From Malacoraja senta (Eukaryota), in contig CM075988.1 of the NCBI GenBank assembly GCA_038087875.1, positions 21,764,001 through 21,828,000 of the forward strand: a DNA stretch of 64,000 nt, in the 5' to 3' direction. Under the pieces are notes generated by a model that was not told the origin of the DNA, searched no databases, and worked only from the letters and a program-made list of their open reading frames with translations. A program made the translations under genes and the position numbers. The stretch's first letter is position 1, and every line of letters starts with the position of its first letter. Positions 1-12,684 of the stretch are shown piece by piece.

Positions 1-470
1 CAGGGCCAGATATGGGGCCCTAAAGTGCTCACAATACCACAAATGTGTCCTGACCAGCGCCTTATAGAGCCTCAGCATTACATCCCTGTTTTTGTATTCT
101 AACCCTCTTGAAATAAATGCTAGCATGGAGTTTGCCTTCTTCCGATTCGACTAGCAGATTAACTTTTCCGTATTCATGCACCAGCAATCCCAAGTCCCTT
201 TGCACCTCCGATTTCTGGTTTCTCTCCCCATTTAGAAAATAGTCTACGCCTTTATTCCTACTACTAAAATGCATGACTCCACACTTTGCTACACTCTATT
301 CCATCTGCCACTTCTCTGCCCACTCTCCCAACCTGTCCAAGTCCTTCTGCAGAGTCCCTGCTTTGTCTACACTACCTGCCCCTCCACCTATTTTCGTATC
401 ATCCGCGAACTTGGCCACAAAGCCTTCAATCCCCTCGTCCAAATCATTAATATACAACGTGAAGAGTAAC
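1..470 (-). mobile_element. CR1-clade LINE fragment (decayed RT C-terminal region)
   Basis: Minus-strand translation gives GFVAKFADDTK (RT catalytic motif) and ...YFLNGERNQKSEVQRDLG..., matching the CR1 ORF at 9912-11018. Confidence 0.9.
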
Positions 471-711
471 GGTTTTATTGAGCTGAACTACATTAAACTA
501 ATCACCTCTGCCTGCACATAATCCATATCCCTCCTTTCCCAGTTTATCCATGTGACTATCTAAAGGCATCTCAAAGGCCACTATCGTATACACAACCACC
601 TCTCGTTCCAGGCTCTCTCAACCCTCCGTGTAAAAACCGTGCCCACACATCTCCTGTAAACCTTGCACCTCTCACCTTAAAGCTACAGCCAGCAAAGTGC
701 AAAGAAAGAGG

Positions 712-1000
712 GCGCAGTGGTAGAGTTGCTGCCTTACAGCGGCAGAGACCCGGGTTCGATCCCGACCACGGGTGCTGTCTGTACGGAGTTTGCACGTTCT
801 CCCCGTGACCTGCGTGGGTTTTCACCAAGATCTCCGCTTCCCTCCCACACTCCAAAGACGTACAACAGGTTTGTAGGTCAATTGGCTTGGTGCAAGTGTA
901 AATTGTCCCTAATGTGTCTGGGATAGTGTTAATGTGCGGGGATCTCTGGCTGGTGTTGACCAAAGGGCCTGTTTCCATGCTGTATCTCTAAACAAAACAT
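712..1000 (+). mobile_element. tRNA-derived SINE (HE1/V-SINE-like)
   Basis: A-box-like GGCGCAGTGG, B-box GGTTCGATCCC, conserved body, tail GGGCCTGTTTCCATGCTGTATCTCTAAAC. About 25 copies or fragments occur in the window. Confidence 0.85.
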
Positions 1001-3682
1001 AACTAAAAATACAATGATTATTTATGCAGGAGTCACATTTTTCAGGAGACCTCAAAAGTCACGTTAGTTAATATTGCTGGTGCCGTGCCTACAGACTGTT
1101 GCTGTTCAGAAAGAAAGTGATGTGTGAATTAGGAGTTAAGGACTATTTAACTTAATTTCAGGAGCAGAAAAGATGGCCTTTGTGAGCCACATTAGTCACA
1201 AAACATTCATTCATAAGAACCAATATATTAATTCCATAGAATCCAGGAGAAATGATCGGTGAGTTTTTATTGAACAACATTTTGTATCACAAATCCTTCA
1301 AAGTTATTAGAGTAGCTAACACTGACAATGGGAACACAGTTTCTAAAGCACTTAAGCCTGCAGATACTTATAAGGAAGCTTACGTGGAAATTTGTGGAAA
1401 TTATCCAGGTAATTGAAACTGAGCTAACACACATCTGCCTTTGTGGTGATACAGTCACAGAGTGATACAGTGTGGAAACAGGCCCTTTGGCCCAACCTGC
1501 CCATGCCAACCAACATGTCCCCATCTACACTATTCCCACCTGCCCGTGCTTGGCCCATAACTCTCTAAGCTCTCCAAACTTAAATCTGTAGAATTCTTTG
1601 CCATCGACAGCCATGGAGGCCAAGTCAGTGGATACTTTTAAGGCAGAGATAGATAGTTTCTTGATTAGTACATGTGTCAGAGGTTATGGGGAGAAGGCAG
1701 GAGAATGGGGTTAGGAGGGAGAGATAGATCAGTCATGATTGAATGGCGGAGTAGACTTGATGAGCCGAATACTCCTATTCCTTATGACCTTAAATGTTAT
1801 GATAGTACCTGCCTCAACAACCTCCTCTGGCAGCTCGTTCCATATAGCCACCAGTCCAGTGTTTTGTGTTTTTTTAATGCTCAATTAGGACTATCTTAGT
1901 TGGGACCCCATGCTGGCATTTTTGAGTTGGGCTGAATGGGCCAGGTTCCGTGCTGTTTGATTCTCCGACTGCGGGTTCACTTCAAGTCAACCGCCTGGGC
2001 TTTATGAGCTGAGAAGAGCTGGACGGCGAATGGTCCCAATGGCATTAAAGCTCCATCAAACAGGGTCTTGCTTCAAAGAGAAAGATCTGCTCTTTGCAAC
2101 TGGGCAGAAAGGTGACCAGACTGCTTTCGAGAGAAATTCTAATTTTAAATGGCAGCAGGTCTTAATAGCTAAAGGAGAGAGGTTGGGGACAGATGCAAAT
2201 TTTATCTCCAAGCACATTAGCGCTAATAGCGACTCATTAGATGCCAATTTTGAATCCGGACACATAGAGAGCCTGCATTTTCAGGCATTTTAAATCCCTC
2301 AGAATGTCCCAGTAAACACCACAGGTGATAATCATTTTGTAATTCTAGTCATTACTGCATCAGAGGCCAAAACAGCAATTGATTTACACAATTGTCAGAT
2401 CCTGCAGCAAATGGGATGAATGACCAAATGCTGGTGGTTCATCCAAGAGCTAAATACTCATTATTGGTATATTATTGTCCCATGTATCGAGACGCAGTGA
2501 AGAACCTTTGTTTTGTGAAGAACGAGGTACCAATAGACAATAGACAATAGGTGCAGGAGTAGACCATTTGGAATAATGCGTGAAATAGATGGAATAGAAA
2601 TCCTTCCATGGCTGCATGTGTTATAGACAAAAGACAATAGGTGCAGGAGTAGGCCATTCGGCCCTTCGAGCCAGCACCGCCATTCAATGTGATCATGGCT
2701 GATCATCCCCAATCAGTACCCCGTTCCTGCCTTCTCCCCATATCCCCTGACTCCGCTATCTTTACATGTACAATGTAGTAGCCTTTTGCATTTTCCTCTG
2801 CTTTTACAAGTTATTTTTGTCGACTTCCATGGAACCAAACTCCAGAATAGAATTCAACGAGCTTACACATTTAACCTTGGTGGATGATTGCGACATTCCT
2901 CCTGCAAACACAGAACATAAAACAGTACCGCACAGGATATTGGCTCACAAAGTCCATGCCGAACACCACGCCAAGCCAAACTGATTTCATCAGCCTGTGC
3001 ACGACCAATATCCCTCGATTCCCCACACTTCCACGTGCCTATCTAAAAGCCTATTAAATGCCACTATCGTAGCTGTCTCCACCACCATGTGTTCCAGGCC
3101 CCCACTATTCTCTGTTGTTGTCAAGGAACGAGCGTTCACGTCGCGGCCCTGTTTCCACCAATCTTCCCACCACCAAGCACAAGAAGCGCAAGACAGACAC
3201 CATTGTATGCAGATGCCGAGAAGTGTGTTCAACTCTGGCTAATCTTGTGTGTGGACTCGACAAGAAGAAGACTACTCTTTGTGTTAAAAGATTAGCCCCG
3301 TACATCTCCATTAAACTTCCCCCCTCTCACCTTAAAGCTACACTCTCCACTGTTGGACCTTTCCAACCTGGGAAGAAGGTTGTGACTGTCTACCCTATCT
3401 ACGCCTCTCTCATAATTTTATATACATCTATCAAGTCTCCCCTCAACCTCTGATGTTCCCGAGAAACATTTCTTACTGCAGACACAATCCAAACTATGTA
3501 GAAGTATGGAGAAAGGAACTGCAGATGTTGGTTCATCTTATCAGTCATGGGACACCTTGAGATACCCCTTGCCTTGTTGTACTTCTGGCGAACCCTGCGG
3601 GAAACAAATGGGTGCGTAGATCCCAGAACCAGGCCATGGAGAGAATGCATCGTTACTGAGGGACTCATGAGATACCCGTAAT

Positions 3683-4111
3683 GCTGGGCTTGTATTCACT
3701 GGAATTTAGAAGGATGAGACGGAATCTTATAGATACATATAAAATTCTTAAGGGATTGATCAGGCTAGATGCAGGAAAAATGTTCCCGATGTTGGGGGGA
3801 GTCCAGAACCAGGGGTCACGGTTTAAGAATAAGGGGTAGGCCATTGAGGACTGAGATGAGGAAAACCTTTTTCACCCAGAGAGTTGTGAATCTGTGGAAT
3901 TCTCTGCCACGGAAGGCAGTGGAGGCCAATTCAGTGGATGTTTTTAAGAGAGAGTTAGATGTAGCTCTTGGGGCTAATGGAATCAAGGGATATGGGGAAA
4001 AAAGCAGGAAAACGGTACTGGTTTTAGATGATCGGCCATGATCATATTGAATGGCGGTGCTGGCTCAAAGGGCCGAATGGCCTACTCCTGCACGCATTTT
4101 TGTATGTTTCT
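3683..4111 (+). mobile_element. CR1 LINE 3' fragment
   Basis: Encodes ...SRTRGHGLRIRGRPLRTEMRKTFFTQRVVNLWNSLP...; 3' UTR with GGGCCGAATGGCCTACTCCTGCAC. Confidence 0.9.
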
Positions 4112-4254
4112 AAACTCACATACTGTTCCACCAGGCAAGGGCGGTGGACTTGCCAAAGAACAAGGTTCACGGGAAAAATTTATTCTGAGTGAAAATGTAC
4201 ATGGAAGCAGAATTCCCTCCTTTCAATGGCTTCGGCTCAGGTTGATAGCAAATA

Positions 4255-4665
4255 CTGGAGGAACTCAGTGGGTCAGGCAACATCTGTGGAGGGAAATGGA
4301 CAATCAACATTTCGGGTCAGGACTCCCCTCTAAACTGCTCAGATTCAGACGATCACTCTGAAGAAGGGTCTCGACCTGAAGCGTCACCTGTCTATTCCCT
4401 CCACTGACCCATTGAGTTCCTCCAGCACTTTGTTTTTTAACACAAGATTCCAGCATCTGCAGTCCCTTGTAGAATCAAAGAACTGCAGATGCTGTTTTAT
4501 ACCAAAGATAGACACAAAGTGCTGGAGTAACTCAGTGGGACAGGCAGCACCTCTGGAGAAAAAGGATGGGTGACGTTTCGGGTTGGGACAATTCTTCAGA
4601 CCAAAGGAGCGTCACTCCGGAGATGTTGCCTGACCCGCTGAGTTACTCCAGCACTTGGTGTCTAT
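4255..4665. mobile_element. Penelope-like terminal-repeat fragments in inverted arrangement
   Basis: GCTGGAGTAACTCAG...GACGTTTCGGG and its reverse complement CTGAAGAAGGGTCTCGACC...TCCAGCA; same repeat follows the GIY-YIG fragment at 35043-35460. Confidence 0.75.
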
Positions 4666-4847
4666 CCGCAGCCTCTTGTTCCAATCTGCTGAGGTTACTT
4701 GCATTCAGTGGGTGGGGTGTGTGTATGTGATGTGTGGGACTGTGTCATGGTTGGTAACATTATATATATAGCGGATGTGACTGAGTGCAGTGGGTAGTGG
4801 TACACAGTGCTCTTTTATATAGACAAATTGTTTTAGTTTTAGAGTGA

Positions 4848-5167
4848 TGGGGCTGTCCCACTGTACGAGTTCATTCAAGAGTTCTCCCGAGTTTGCCCTG
4901 ATTCGAACTCGGAGATTTACGGTAATGGCCGCTCGTAGGCACTCGGGGCTCTCGTGGACATTTTTCAACACGTTGAAAAATCTTCACGAGTCTTTCCGAG
5001 CTTACCTGCCGTTTGCGAGTCTTCCCGAATACCTGCCGTTAGCGTTACGAGTCGCTAAGAGACGTCCCCGAGCTCCGACGTACCCGCTACGTACATTCCA
5101 CGAGTTTGATTTTTTTTTTAAACTCGGGAGAGCTCTTGGAATGAACTCGTACAGTGGGACAACCCCA
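4848..5167. mobile_element. Harbinger/PIF-type MITE nested in a SINE
   Basis: TIR TGGGGCTGTCCCACTGTACGAGTTCATTC...GAATGAACTCGTACAGTGGGACAACCCCA; flanks TGA/TTA; interrupts a minus-strand SINE (4832-5472). Same family as 46888-47220. Confidence 0.8.
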
Positions 5168-5984
5168 TTACAGCACGGCAACAGGCCCTTCAGCCCACCG
5201 GGTCCGCACCAACCAGCGATCCCCGCACATTAACACTACCCTACACACACTAGGGACAATTTACACATATTATCCAAGCCAATTAACCTACAAACCTGTA
5301 CGTTTTTGGAGTGTGGGAGGAAACGGAAGATCTCGGAGAAAGCCCTGTGCAGGTCACGGGGAAAATGTACAAACTCCGTGCAGACAGCGCCCGTAGTCGG
5401 GATCGAACCCGGGTCTGCGGCGCTACAAGCGCTGTAAGGGAGCAACTCTACCGCTGCGCCACCGTGACCGCCCATGTGTGTGATGGGACAGAGCGTGTAT
5501 TTTTCTAGGGATGGCTGCATGAGTGATTGGGGGGGGAGACTATATACACAGTGTAGGTAACGTGTTCCGTGCATGTGGCACTTTGTAATGGATGCAAGCT
5601 CATTTGGCCATGACACATCCATTCATGTTCCTGCAATCTCTGACTGCTAGTTTTGGGAAAGAGGAATGGGGTACAATGGTGCTCGAAGTCCCGGAGCAAT
5701 GTTACTGCAGGCTGATAGACAGTTCTGGTATAGACTCTGCTCCAATGCACAGGTCTAGGTATTATTTATGTTGGAGCTAAGGATGAAAAAGAGCAGCAGG
5801 ACCTGAACGAAATACACGTCCTTGGGGGAAAGAAAATAGAAACTCTGGAATTGGTTGTGTTGTGAGTCTTAAAGTCACATCATTTGCAGTTTTTTTAAAT
5901 TTAATTGTCACTGGCCCCATGGATTGGGACAAGAGGCAAAGATGGGGGATTAGGAGAGGGGTTGGGGAGTTGGGATTGGTGTGT

Positions 5985-6455
5985 GTGAGACAGGGAGAGG
6001 GAGAATGGAGAGAAGGAGAGAGGAAGGGAGAGAGAGAATTGTGAGAGGAGAGAAGAGAGAGAGAGAGAGAGAGAGTCAGGAGAGAGGAGAGGAGAGGAAA
6101 GAGAGAGAGAGAGAGTCAGGAGAGAGGAGAGGAGAGGAAAGAGAGAGAGAGAGAGAGAGTCAGGAGAGAGGAGAGGAGAGGAAAGAGAGCGAGAGAGAGA
6201 GAGAGAGAGGGAGAGTCAGAAGGAGAGAGGAGGAGAGAGAGAAAGAGAGGGAGGGAGGGAGAGAGAGAGTCAGGAGAGCAGATGAGAGAGCGAGGAAGAG
6301 TCAGGAGAGTCAGGAGAGAGAGATGAGAGTCAGAAGGAGAGAGGGGGGAAGAGTCAGGATAGAGAGAGAGAGAGAAAAGAGAGGAGAGAAAGACAAAAGC
6401 GAGACTGAAAGAGGAAGTGTGTGAGAGAGAGAGAGGTAAAGACGGAGAGAGAGAA
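5985..6455 (+). repeat. GA-rich low-complexity tract
   Basis: (GA)n with recurring GAGTCAGGAGAGAGG units. Confidence 0.95.
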
Positions 6456-7010
6456 TGTCAGGCCACTTCATTAAACATTGTATACAACATGGAACAGATG
6501 TCACATCCACAGCCTCGAGAATGTGGTGCAAATTATTACAAAGCAAAAATAGTAATTAAGCAGCGTAATTATATAAAGCTCTGTGACGTTCCACCCCTCC
6601 CCCCACCCCACTCCTCACCTCTCTCTTGCTTACAGCCTGACAGCACAGTGTAGGTGATCACTGGCACCTCCTCACCGCTGACTGGATAGCACGCACCAAA
6701 AAGCTTTTCACACCTGACAATAATAAACTAAACTAAACCAAACTAAACCAAACTAAACTAGAGAAGAGTGGTGTTAAAGAGGCTTTTAGATAGGCACAAG
6801 GATATGCAGGGAATGAAGGGGTCATGTTCAGCCAGAGAAGATTAGTTTAATTTAGCATCATGTTCGGCACAAACATCGTGGGCTGAAGGGCCTGTTCTTG
6901 TGCTTTTCCCTGTTCGAAAACTGAATGCCTTAGGTTCCAGACAGGAATAATCAGAGTTTTTAATATGTTTGTAAATGACAGTCAGTACTGAGGGCTCAAT
7001 GATCCACTAA

Positions 7011-7852
7011 ATCCAATATCCAATGGTCCAATGGCCCAGTAGATCCAATCGATCCAATAGATCCAATAGATCCAATAAATCCAATATCCAATGGTCCAAT
7101 AGATCCAATAGATCCAATAGATCCAATATCCAATGGTCCAGTAGATCCAATAGATCCAATAGATCCAATGGTCCAGTAGATCCAATAGATCCAATAGATC
7201 CAATAGATCCAATGGTCCAATAGATCCAATGGTCCAATAGATCCAATAGATCCAATGGTCCAATAGATCCAATGGTCCAATAGATCCAATAGATCCAATG
7301 GTCCAATAGATCCAATAGATCCAATGGTCCAATAGATCCAATAGATCCAATAGATCCAATAGATCCAATATCCAATGGTCCAGTAGATCCAATAGATCCA
7401 ATAGATCCAATGGTCCAGTAGATCCAATAGATCCAATAGATCCAATGGTCCAATAGATCCAATGGTCCAATAGATCCAATAGATCCAATGGTCCAATAGA
7501 TCCAATAGATCCAATGGTCCAATAGATCCAATGGTCCAATAGATCCAATAGATCCAATGGTCCAATAGATCCAATAGATCCAATAGATCCAATGGTCCAG
7601 TAGATCCAATAGATCCAATAGATCCAATAGATCCAATGGTCCAATAGATCCAATAGATCCAATGGTCCAATAGATCCAATAGATCCAATGGTCCAATAGA
7701 TCCAATGGTCCAATAGATCCAATAGATCCAATAGATCCAATAGATCCAATGGTCCAATAGATCCAATAGATCCAATATCCAATGGGTCCAGTAGATCCAA
7801 TGGGTCCAATGGTCCAATAGATCCAATAGATCCAATAGATCCAATGGTCCAA
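7011..7852. repeat. Mixed-unit minisatellite (TAGATCCAA / TGGTCCAA / TATCCAA)
   Basis: Directly visible ~840 bp array sharing a TCCAA core. Confidence 0.97.
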
Positions 7853-8379
7853 TGATTCTTTACTATCACATGCATAGACGTACAGTGACATTTCTTTTTT
7901 TCCATACAGTTCAGTAAAGTATTGCCATACCTAAGCACAATCCCTGCTGTATTGGAAGGCACTTTGAGCTGATGTGCAAGACGGCAGGTCCGTGAAACAA
8001 TTTAGCAGGACATTGAAAGAATGGATTTGCAACACAGTCACGCTTATTTCATCCTGCAGTTAGACTTGGTGCAGCACAGAAGCAGTCCGTCCTCTGAGTC
8101 CATGCCAGCTTTCTGCGGAAGACCAGACAGCCTCTCTCCCTAGAGCCTTGCAAGCTCCGTTGCTGTTCCAATTTCCTTTTGAAAACGTCTCCAATTCCAC
8201 TGTTGTGACTTTGAACGGGCTACACAGAGATCAGAGCTGTAGGTGTGGAAGGTGTTTATTCATCCCGACATGCAGATACACAGAGGAGACCTGGTGGGAG
8301 AATCTTCTGGCAGAATCTTCTGAGATTCTCTACAGGAAGAATTTCAGAAGAACCTCTCAGAAGTACATCAAGGTGGACT

Positions 8380-8668
8380 GTAGTTTAGTTAGAGATACAG
8401 CCCTTCATCCCACCGAGTCCACACCAACCAGCGATCACACCATATACTAACCTACACACACTAGGGACAATTTACATTTATACCGAAGCCTATTAACCTA
8501 CAAACCTGTGCGTCTTTGGAGTGTGGAAGGAGACTGGAGCACCCGGAGAAAACCCACATGGTCACGGGGAGAACGTACAAACTCCGTACAGGCAGCACCC
8601 GTAGCCAGGATCGAACCCGGGTCTCTGGCGCTGTAAGGCAGCAACTCTAGCGCTGTGCCACCGTGCCA
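8380..8668 (-). mobile_element. tRNA-derived SINE (HE1/V-SINE-like)
   Basis: Reverse complement of the SINE at 57668-57968. Confidence 0.85.
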
Positions 8669-8700
8669 CTCTACATCTACATCTCCTCACCCTCACCTAC

Positions 8701-8856
8701 CTGTGAAGATCCATCTCGGGAAATGAAGTAGAAAAACTTCTGAGTAACTCTCCCAGTAACTCTCATCCCAGTAAGACACATCAAACGATGAATCAGATCC
8801 ACAGTAATCCCAGGATCCCAGACTGTAGCCATGGAAACATCATCCAAGCTACTTGC
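8701..8856 (-). CDS. Candidate 156-nt exon, unknown product
   Basis: Acceptor ...TTTATTTTTGGTTTCAG|GCA, donor CAG|GTAGGTGAG, open in frame 0 (ASSLDDVSMATVWDPG...RDGSSQ). No recognisable homology. Confidence 0.2.
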
Positions 8857-9027
8857 CTGAAACCAAAAATAAATGCAGTTATCCAACGGCTTTTGTAAAC
8901 TTCTCAGTTCTAATTATAGTTATTTGGTGGAATCAAGTGCTGTGGTTCAGATAAAAGCAGAACGTTCTCACACTAATTCATCCTTCAGAAGGTAGTAATC
9001 TCCCAACCGAGGTTGGTGTACAAATGT

Positions 9028-9522
9028 TAGTTTAGTTCAGCGATATGGAGTGGAAACAGGCCCTTCGGCCCACCGAGACCACGCTGACCAAACATTTAAC
9101 ACTACCATACACAGTAGGGAGAATTTACCACTTTTTTAACCAAAGTTAATTAACTTACAAACCTGTACGTCTTTGGAGTTTGGGAGGAAACTGGAGCACC
9201 CGGAGAAAACCCACGCAGGTTTAGTTTAGTTTAGAGATACAGCGCGGAAACAGGCCTTTCGGCCTACCGTGTCCGCACCGGCCAGCGATCCCCGCACATT
9301 AACACTATCCTACACACACTAGGGACAATTTGCACATACAACAAGCCAATTAACCTACATACCTGTACATCTTTGGAGTGTGGGAGGAAACCGAAGATCT
9401 CGGAGGAAACCCACGCGGTCACGGGGAGAACGTACAAACTCCGCACAGACAGCACCTGTAGACAGGATCGAACCCGGGTCTCTGGCGCTGTTTCGCAGCA
9501 GCTCTACCACTGCACCACCGTG
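9028..9522 (-). mobile_element. Two tandem SINE copies (first 5'-truncated)
   Basis: Two TTTAG tails and two SINE bodies in the same orientation. Confidence 0.8.
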
Positions 9523-9811
9523 CAGTAGTATTTGCAGTGGTGTTTGTGTGTAGCAGGGATTAGAAGCGTGGCAGAGGAACAGGGAAGCACTAAAACCAGA
9601 ATCACTAAAGTCGAGACAGAGTCCAAAATGGTCTGAAGCTGTGAGCTAGGCCAGAGCCATTGAAATAAAAATTACTAAGTCCAGTTAGAGGCTTGTCCAC
9701 ACTTCTGGTTATATTTTTTAAAAGACAAAGGAATAGGTGACGTTTAGGGTCGGGTCCCTTCATCAGACGTTGAAAAGGCTGTACCAGAGGAGATGTACCA
9801 GAATGATATAT

Positions 9812-12684
9812 ACATAGATACATAGTTACATAGAAAATAGGTGCAGGAATAGGCCATTCGGCCCTTCGAGCCTGCACCGCCATTCAATATGATCATGGCT
9901 GATCATCCAACTCAGTATCCCGTACCTGCCTTCTCTCCATACCCCCTGATCCCTTTAGCCACAAGGGCCACATCTAACTCCCTCTTAAATATAGCCAATG
10001 AACTGGCCTCAACTACTCTCTGTGGCAGAGAGTTCCAGAGATTCACCACTCTCTGTGTGAAAACGTTTTTCCTCATCTCGGTCTTAAAGGATTTCCCCCT
10101 TAACCTTAAGCTGTGACCCCTTGTCCTGGACTTCCCCAACATCGGGAACAATCTTCCTGCATCTAGCCTGTCCAATCCCATAAGAATTTTGTACGTTTCT
10201 ATAAGATCCCCTCTCAATCTCCTAAATTCTAGCGAGTATAAGCCAAGTCTATCCAGTCTTTCTTCATATGAAAGTCCTGACATCCCAGGAATCAGTCTGG
10301 TGAACCTTCTCTGCACTCCCTCTATGGCTATAATGTCCTTCCTCAGATTTGGAGACCAAAACTGTACGCAATACTCCAGGTGTGGTCTCACCAAGACCCT
10401 GTACAACTGCAGTAGAACCTCCCTGCTCCTATACTCAAATCCTTTTGCTATGAAAGCTAACATACCATTCGCTTTCTTCACTGCCTGCTGCACCTGCATG
10501 CCTACTTTCAATGACTGGTGCACCATGACACCCAGGTCTCGCTGCATCTCCCCATTTCCTAATCGGCCACCATTTAGATAATAGTCTGCTTTCCTGTTTT
10601 TGCCACCAAAGTGGATAACCTCACATTTATCCATATTATACTGCATCTGCCAAACATTTGCCCACTCACCCAGCCTATCCAAGTCACCTTGCAGTCTCCT
10701 AGCATCCTCCTCACAGCTAACACTGCCCCCCAGCTTAGTGTCATCCGCAAACTTGGAGATGTTGCCTTCAATTCCCTCATCCAGTTCATTAATATAAATT
10801 GTAAATAGCTGGGGTCCCAGCACTGAGCCTTGCGGTACCCAACTAGTCACTGCCTGCCATTGTGAAAAGGACCCGTTTACTCCTACTCTTTGCTTACTGT
10901 TTGCCAGCCAGTTCTCTATCCACATCAATACTGAACCCCCAATATCGTGTGCTTTAAGTTTGTATACTAATCTCTTATGTGGGACCTTGTCGAAAGCCTT
11001 CTGAAAGTCCAGATACACCGTAGTGATTTATCGGCCTTTAATCCATTCAATTTACCCAACACCACTTCCCGACTAACCTGGATTTCACTCAGTTCCTCCA
11101 TCTCCTTTGACCCGCGGCCCCCTGCTATTTCCGGCAGATTATTTATGTCTTCCTTAGTGAAGACGGAACCAAAGTAGTTATTCAATTGGTCCGCCATATC
11201 CTTGTTCCCCATGATTAATTCACCTGTTTCTGACTGCAAGGGACCTACATTTGTTTTAACTAATCTCTTTCTCTTCACATATCTATAAAAACATTTGCAG
11301 TCAGTTTTTATGTTCCCTGCCAGTTTTCTTTCAAAATCTATTTTCCCTTTCCTAATTAAGCCCTTTGTCCTCCTCTGCTGGTCTCTGAATTTCTCCCAGT
11401 CCTCTGGTATGCTGCTTTTTCTGGCTAATTTGTACGTATCATCTTTTGCTTTGATACTATCCCTGATTTCCCTTGTTATCCATGGATGCACTACCTTCCC
11501 TGATTTATTCTTTTGCCAAACTGGGATGAACAATTTTTGTAGTTCATCCATGCAGTCTTTAAATGCCTTCCATTGCATATCCACCGTCAACCCTTTTAGA
11601 ACTAATTACCAGTCAATCTTGGCCAAATCATGTCTCATACCCTCAAAGTTACCTTTCTTTAAGTTCAGAACCGTTGTTTCTGAATTAACAATGTCACTCT
11701 CCATCCTAATGAAGAACTCAACCATATTATGGTCACTCTTGCCTAAGGGGGCACGCACAACAAGACTGCTAACTAACCCTTCCTCATTACTCAATACCCA
11801 GTCTAGAATAGCCTGCTCTCTCGTTGGTTCCTCTACATGTTGGTTTAGATAACTATCCCGCATACATTCCAAGAAATCCTCTTCCTCAGCACCCCTGCCA
11901 ATTTGATTCACCCAATCTATATGTAGATTGAAGTCACCCATTATAACTGTTTTGCCTTTGTTGCACGCATTTCTAATTTCCTGTTTGATGCCATCCCCAA
12001 CTTCACTACTACTGCTAGGTGGCCTGTACACAACTCCCACCAGCGTTTTCTGCCCCTTAGTGTTTCGCAGCTCTACCCATACCGATTCCACATCCTCCAA
12101 GCTAATGTCCTTCCTTTCCACTGCGTTAATCTCCTCTCTAACCAGCAACGCTACCCCACCTCCTTTTCCTTTCTCTCTATCCCTCCTGAATATTGAATAT
12201 CCCTGGATGTTCAGCTCCCAGCCTTGGTCACCCTGGAGCCATGTCTCCGTGATCCCAACTATATCATAATCATTAATAGCTATCTGCACGTTCAACTCAT
12301 CCACCTTATTACGAATGCTCCTTGCATTGAGACACAAAGCCTTCAGGCTTGTTTTTACAACGCTCTTACGCCTTATACAATTATGTTGAAAAGTGGCCCT
12401 TTTTGATTTTTGCCCTGGATTTGTCTGCCTGCCACTTTTACTTTTCACCTTGCTACCTATTGCTTCCGCCCGCATTTCACACCCCTCTGTTTCTCTGCTC
12501 ACCCATTTAAGAACCCCACCACCTTTTATTCTCTGTTTATTATTGTTTTCTTCTTTCCCCCCTACATGTTGGGTCTGAGTGCTTTCCTTCTCTGCCTCCT
12601 GCCTCACACACTGTCTAATAGCTTTCTCTATTTGAGTCCCTCCCCCCAACCATTCTAGTTTAAAGTCTCCCCAGTAGCTTTTGC
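9812..12684 (-). mobile_element. CR1-clade LINE, 5'-truncated near the ORF1/ORF2 boundary, internally deleted
   Basis: APE endonuclease (LNARSIRNK, GITETW, GVVYRPP, MGDFN, SDHN) and RT (YLDFQKAFDKVPH, VPQGSVLGP, FADDTKL); 3' UTR and (CTATGT)-type tail. Confidence 0.95.
9912..12680 (-). pseudogene. Disabled CR1 ORF2 (endonuclease + reverse transcriptase)
   Basis: In-frame TAA at 11606-11608 (ORFs 11606-12745 and 10967-11590 share a frame). At ~11020 KADKS is joined out of frame to VYLDFQKAFDK, so the N-terminal RT subdomains are missing. Confidence 0.9.

Noticed and set aside
2030..2293. 87-aa ORF in unique DNA
   Set aside because: No recognisable homology or splice signals; length is compatible with chance.
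6982..7962. 280-330 aa ORFs in three minus frames (IGS/LDL/WIY repeats)
   Set aside because: Translations of a stop-free minisatellite.
8298..8362. Degenerate GAA/TTC cluster resembling an HSE
   Set aside because: No run of three correctly spaced perfect pentamers.
9912..11018. Intact or domesticated reverse transcriptase gene
   Set aside because: The ORF start is created by a deletion junction; N-terminal RT subdomains are missing and ORF2 has an upstream stop.
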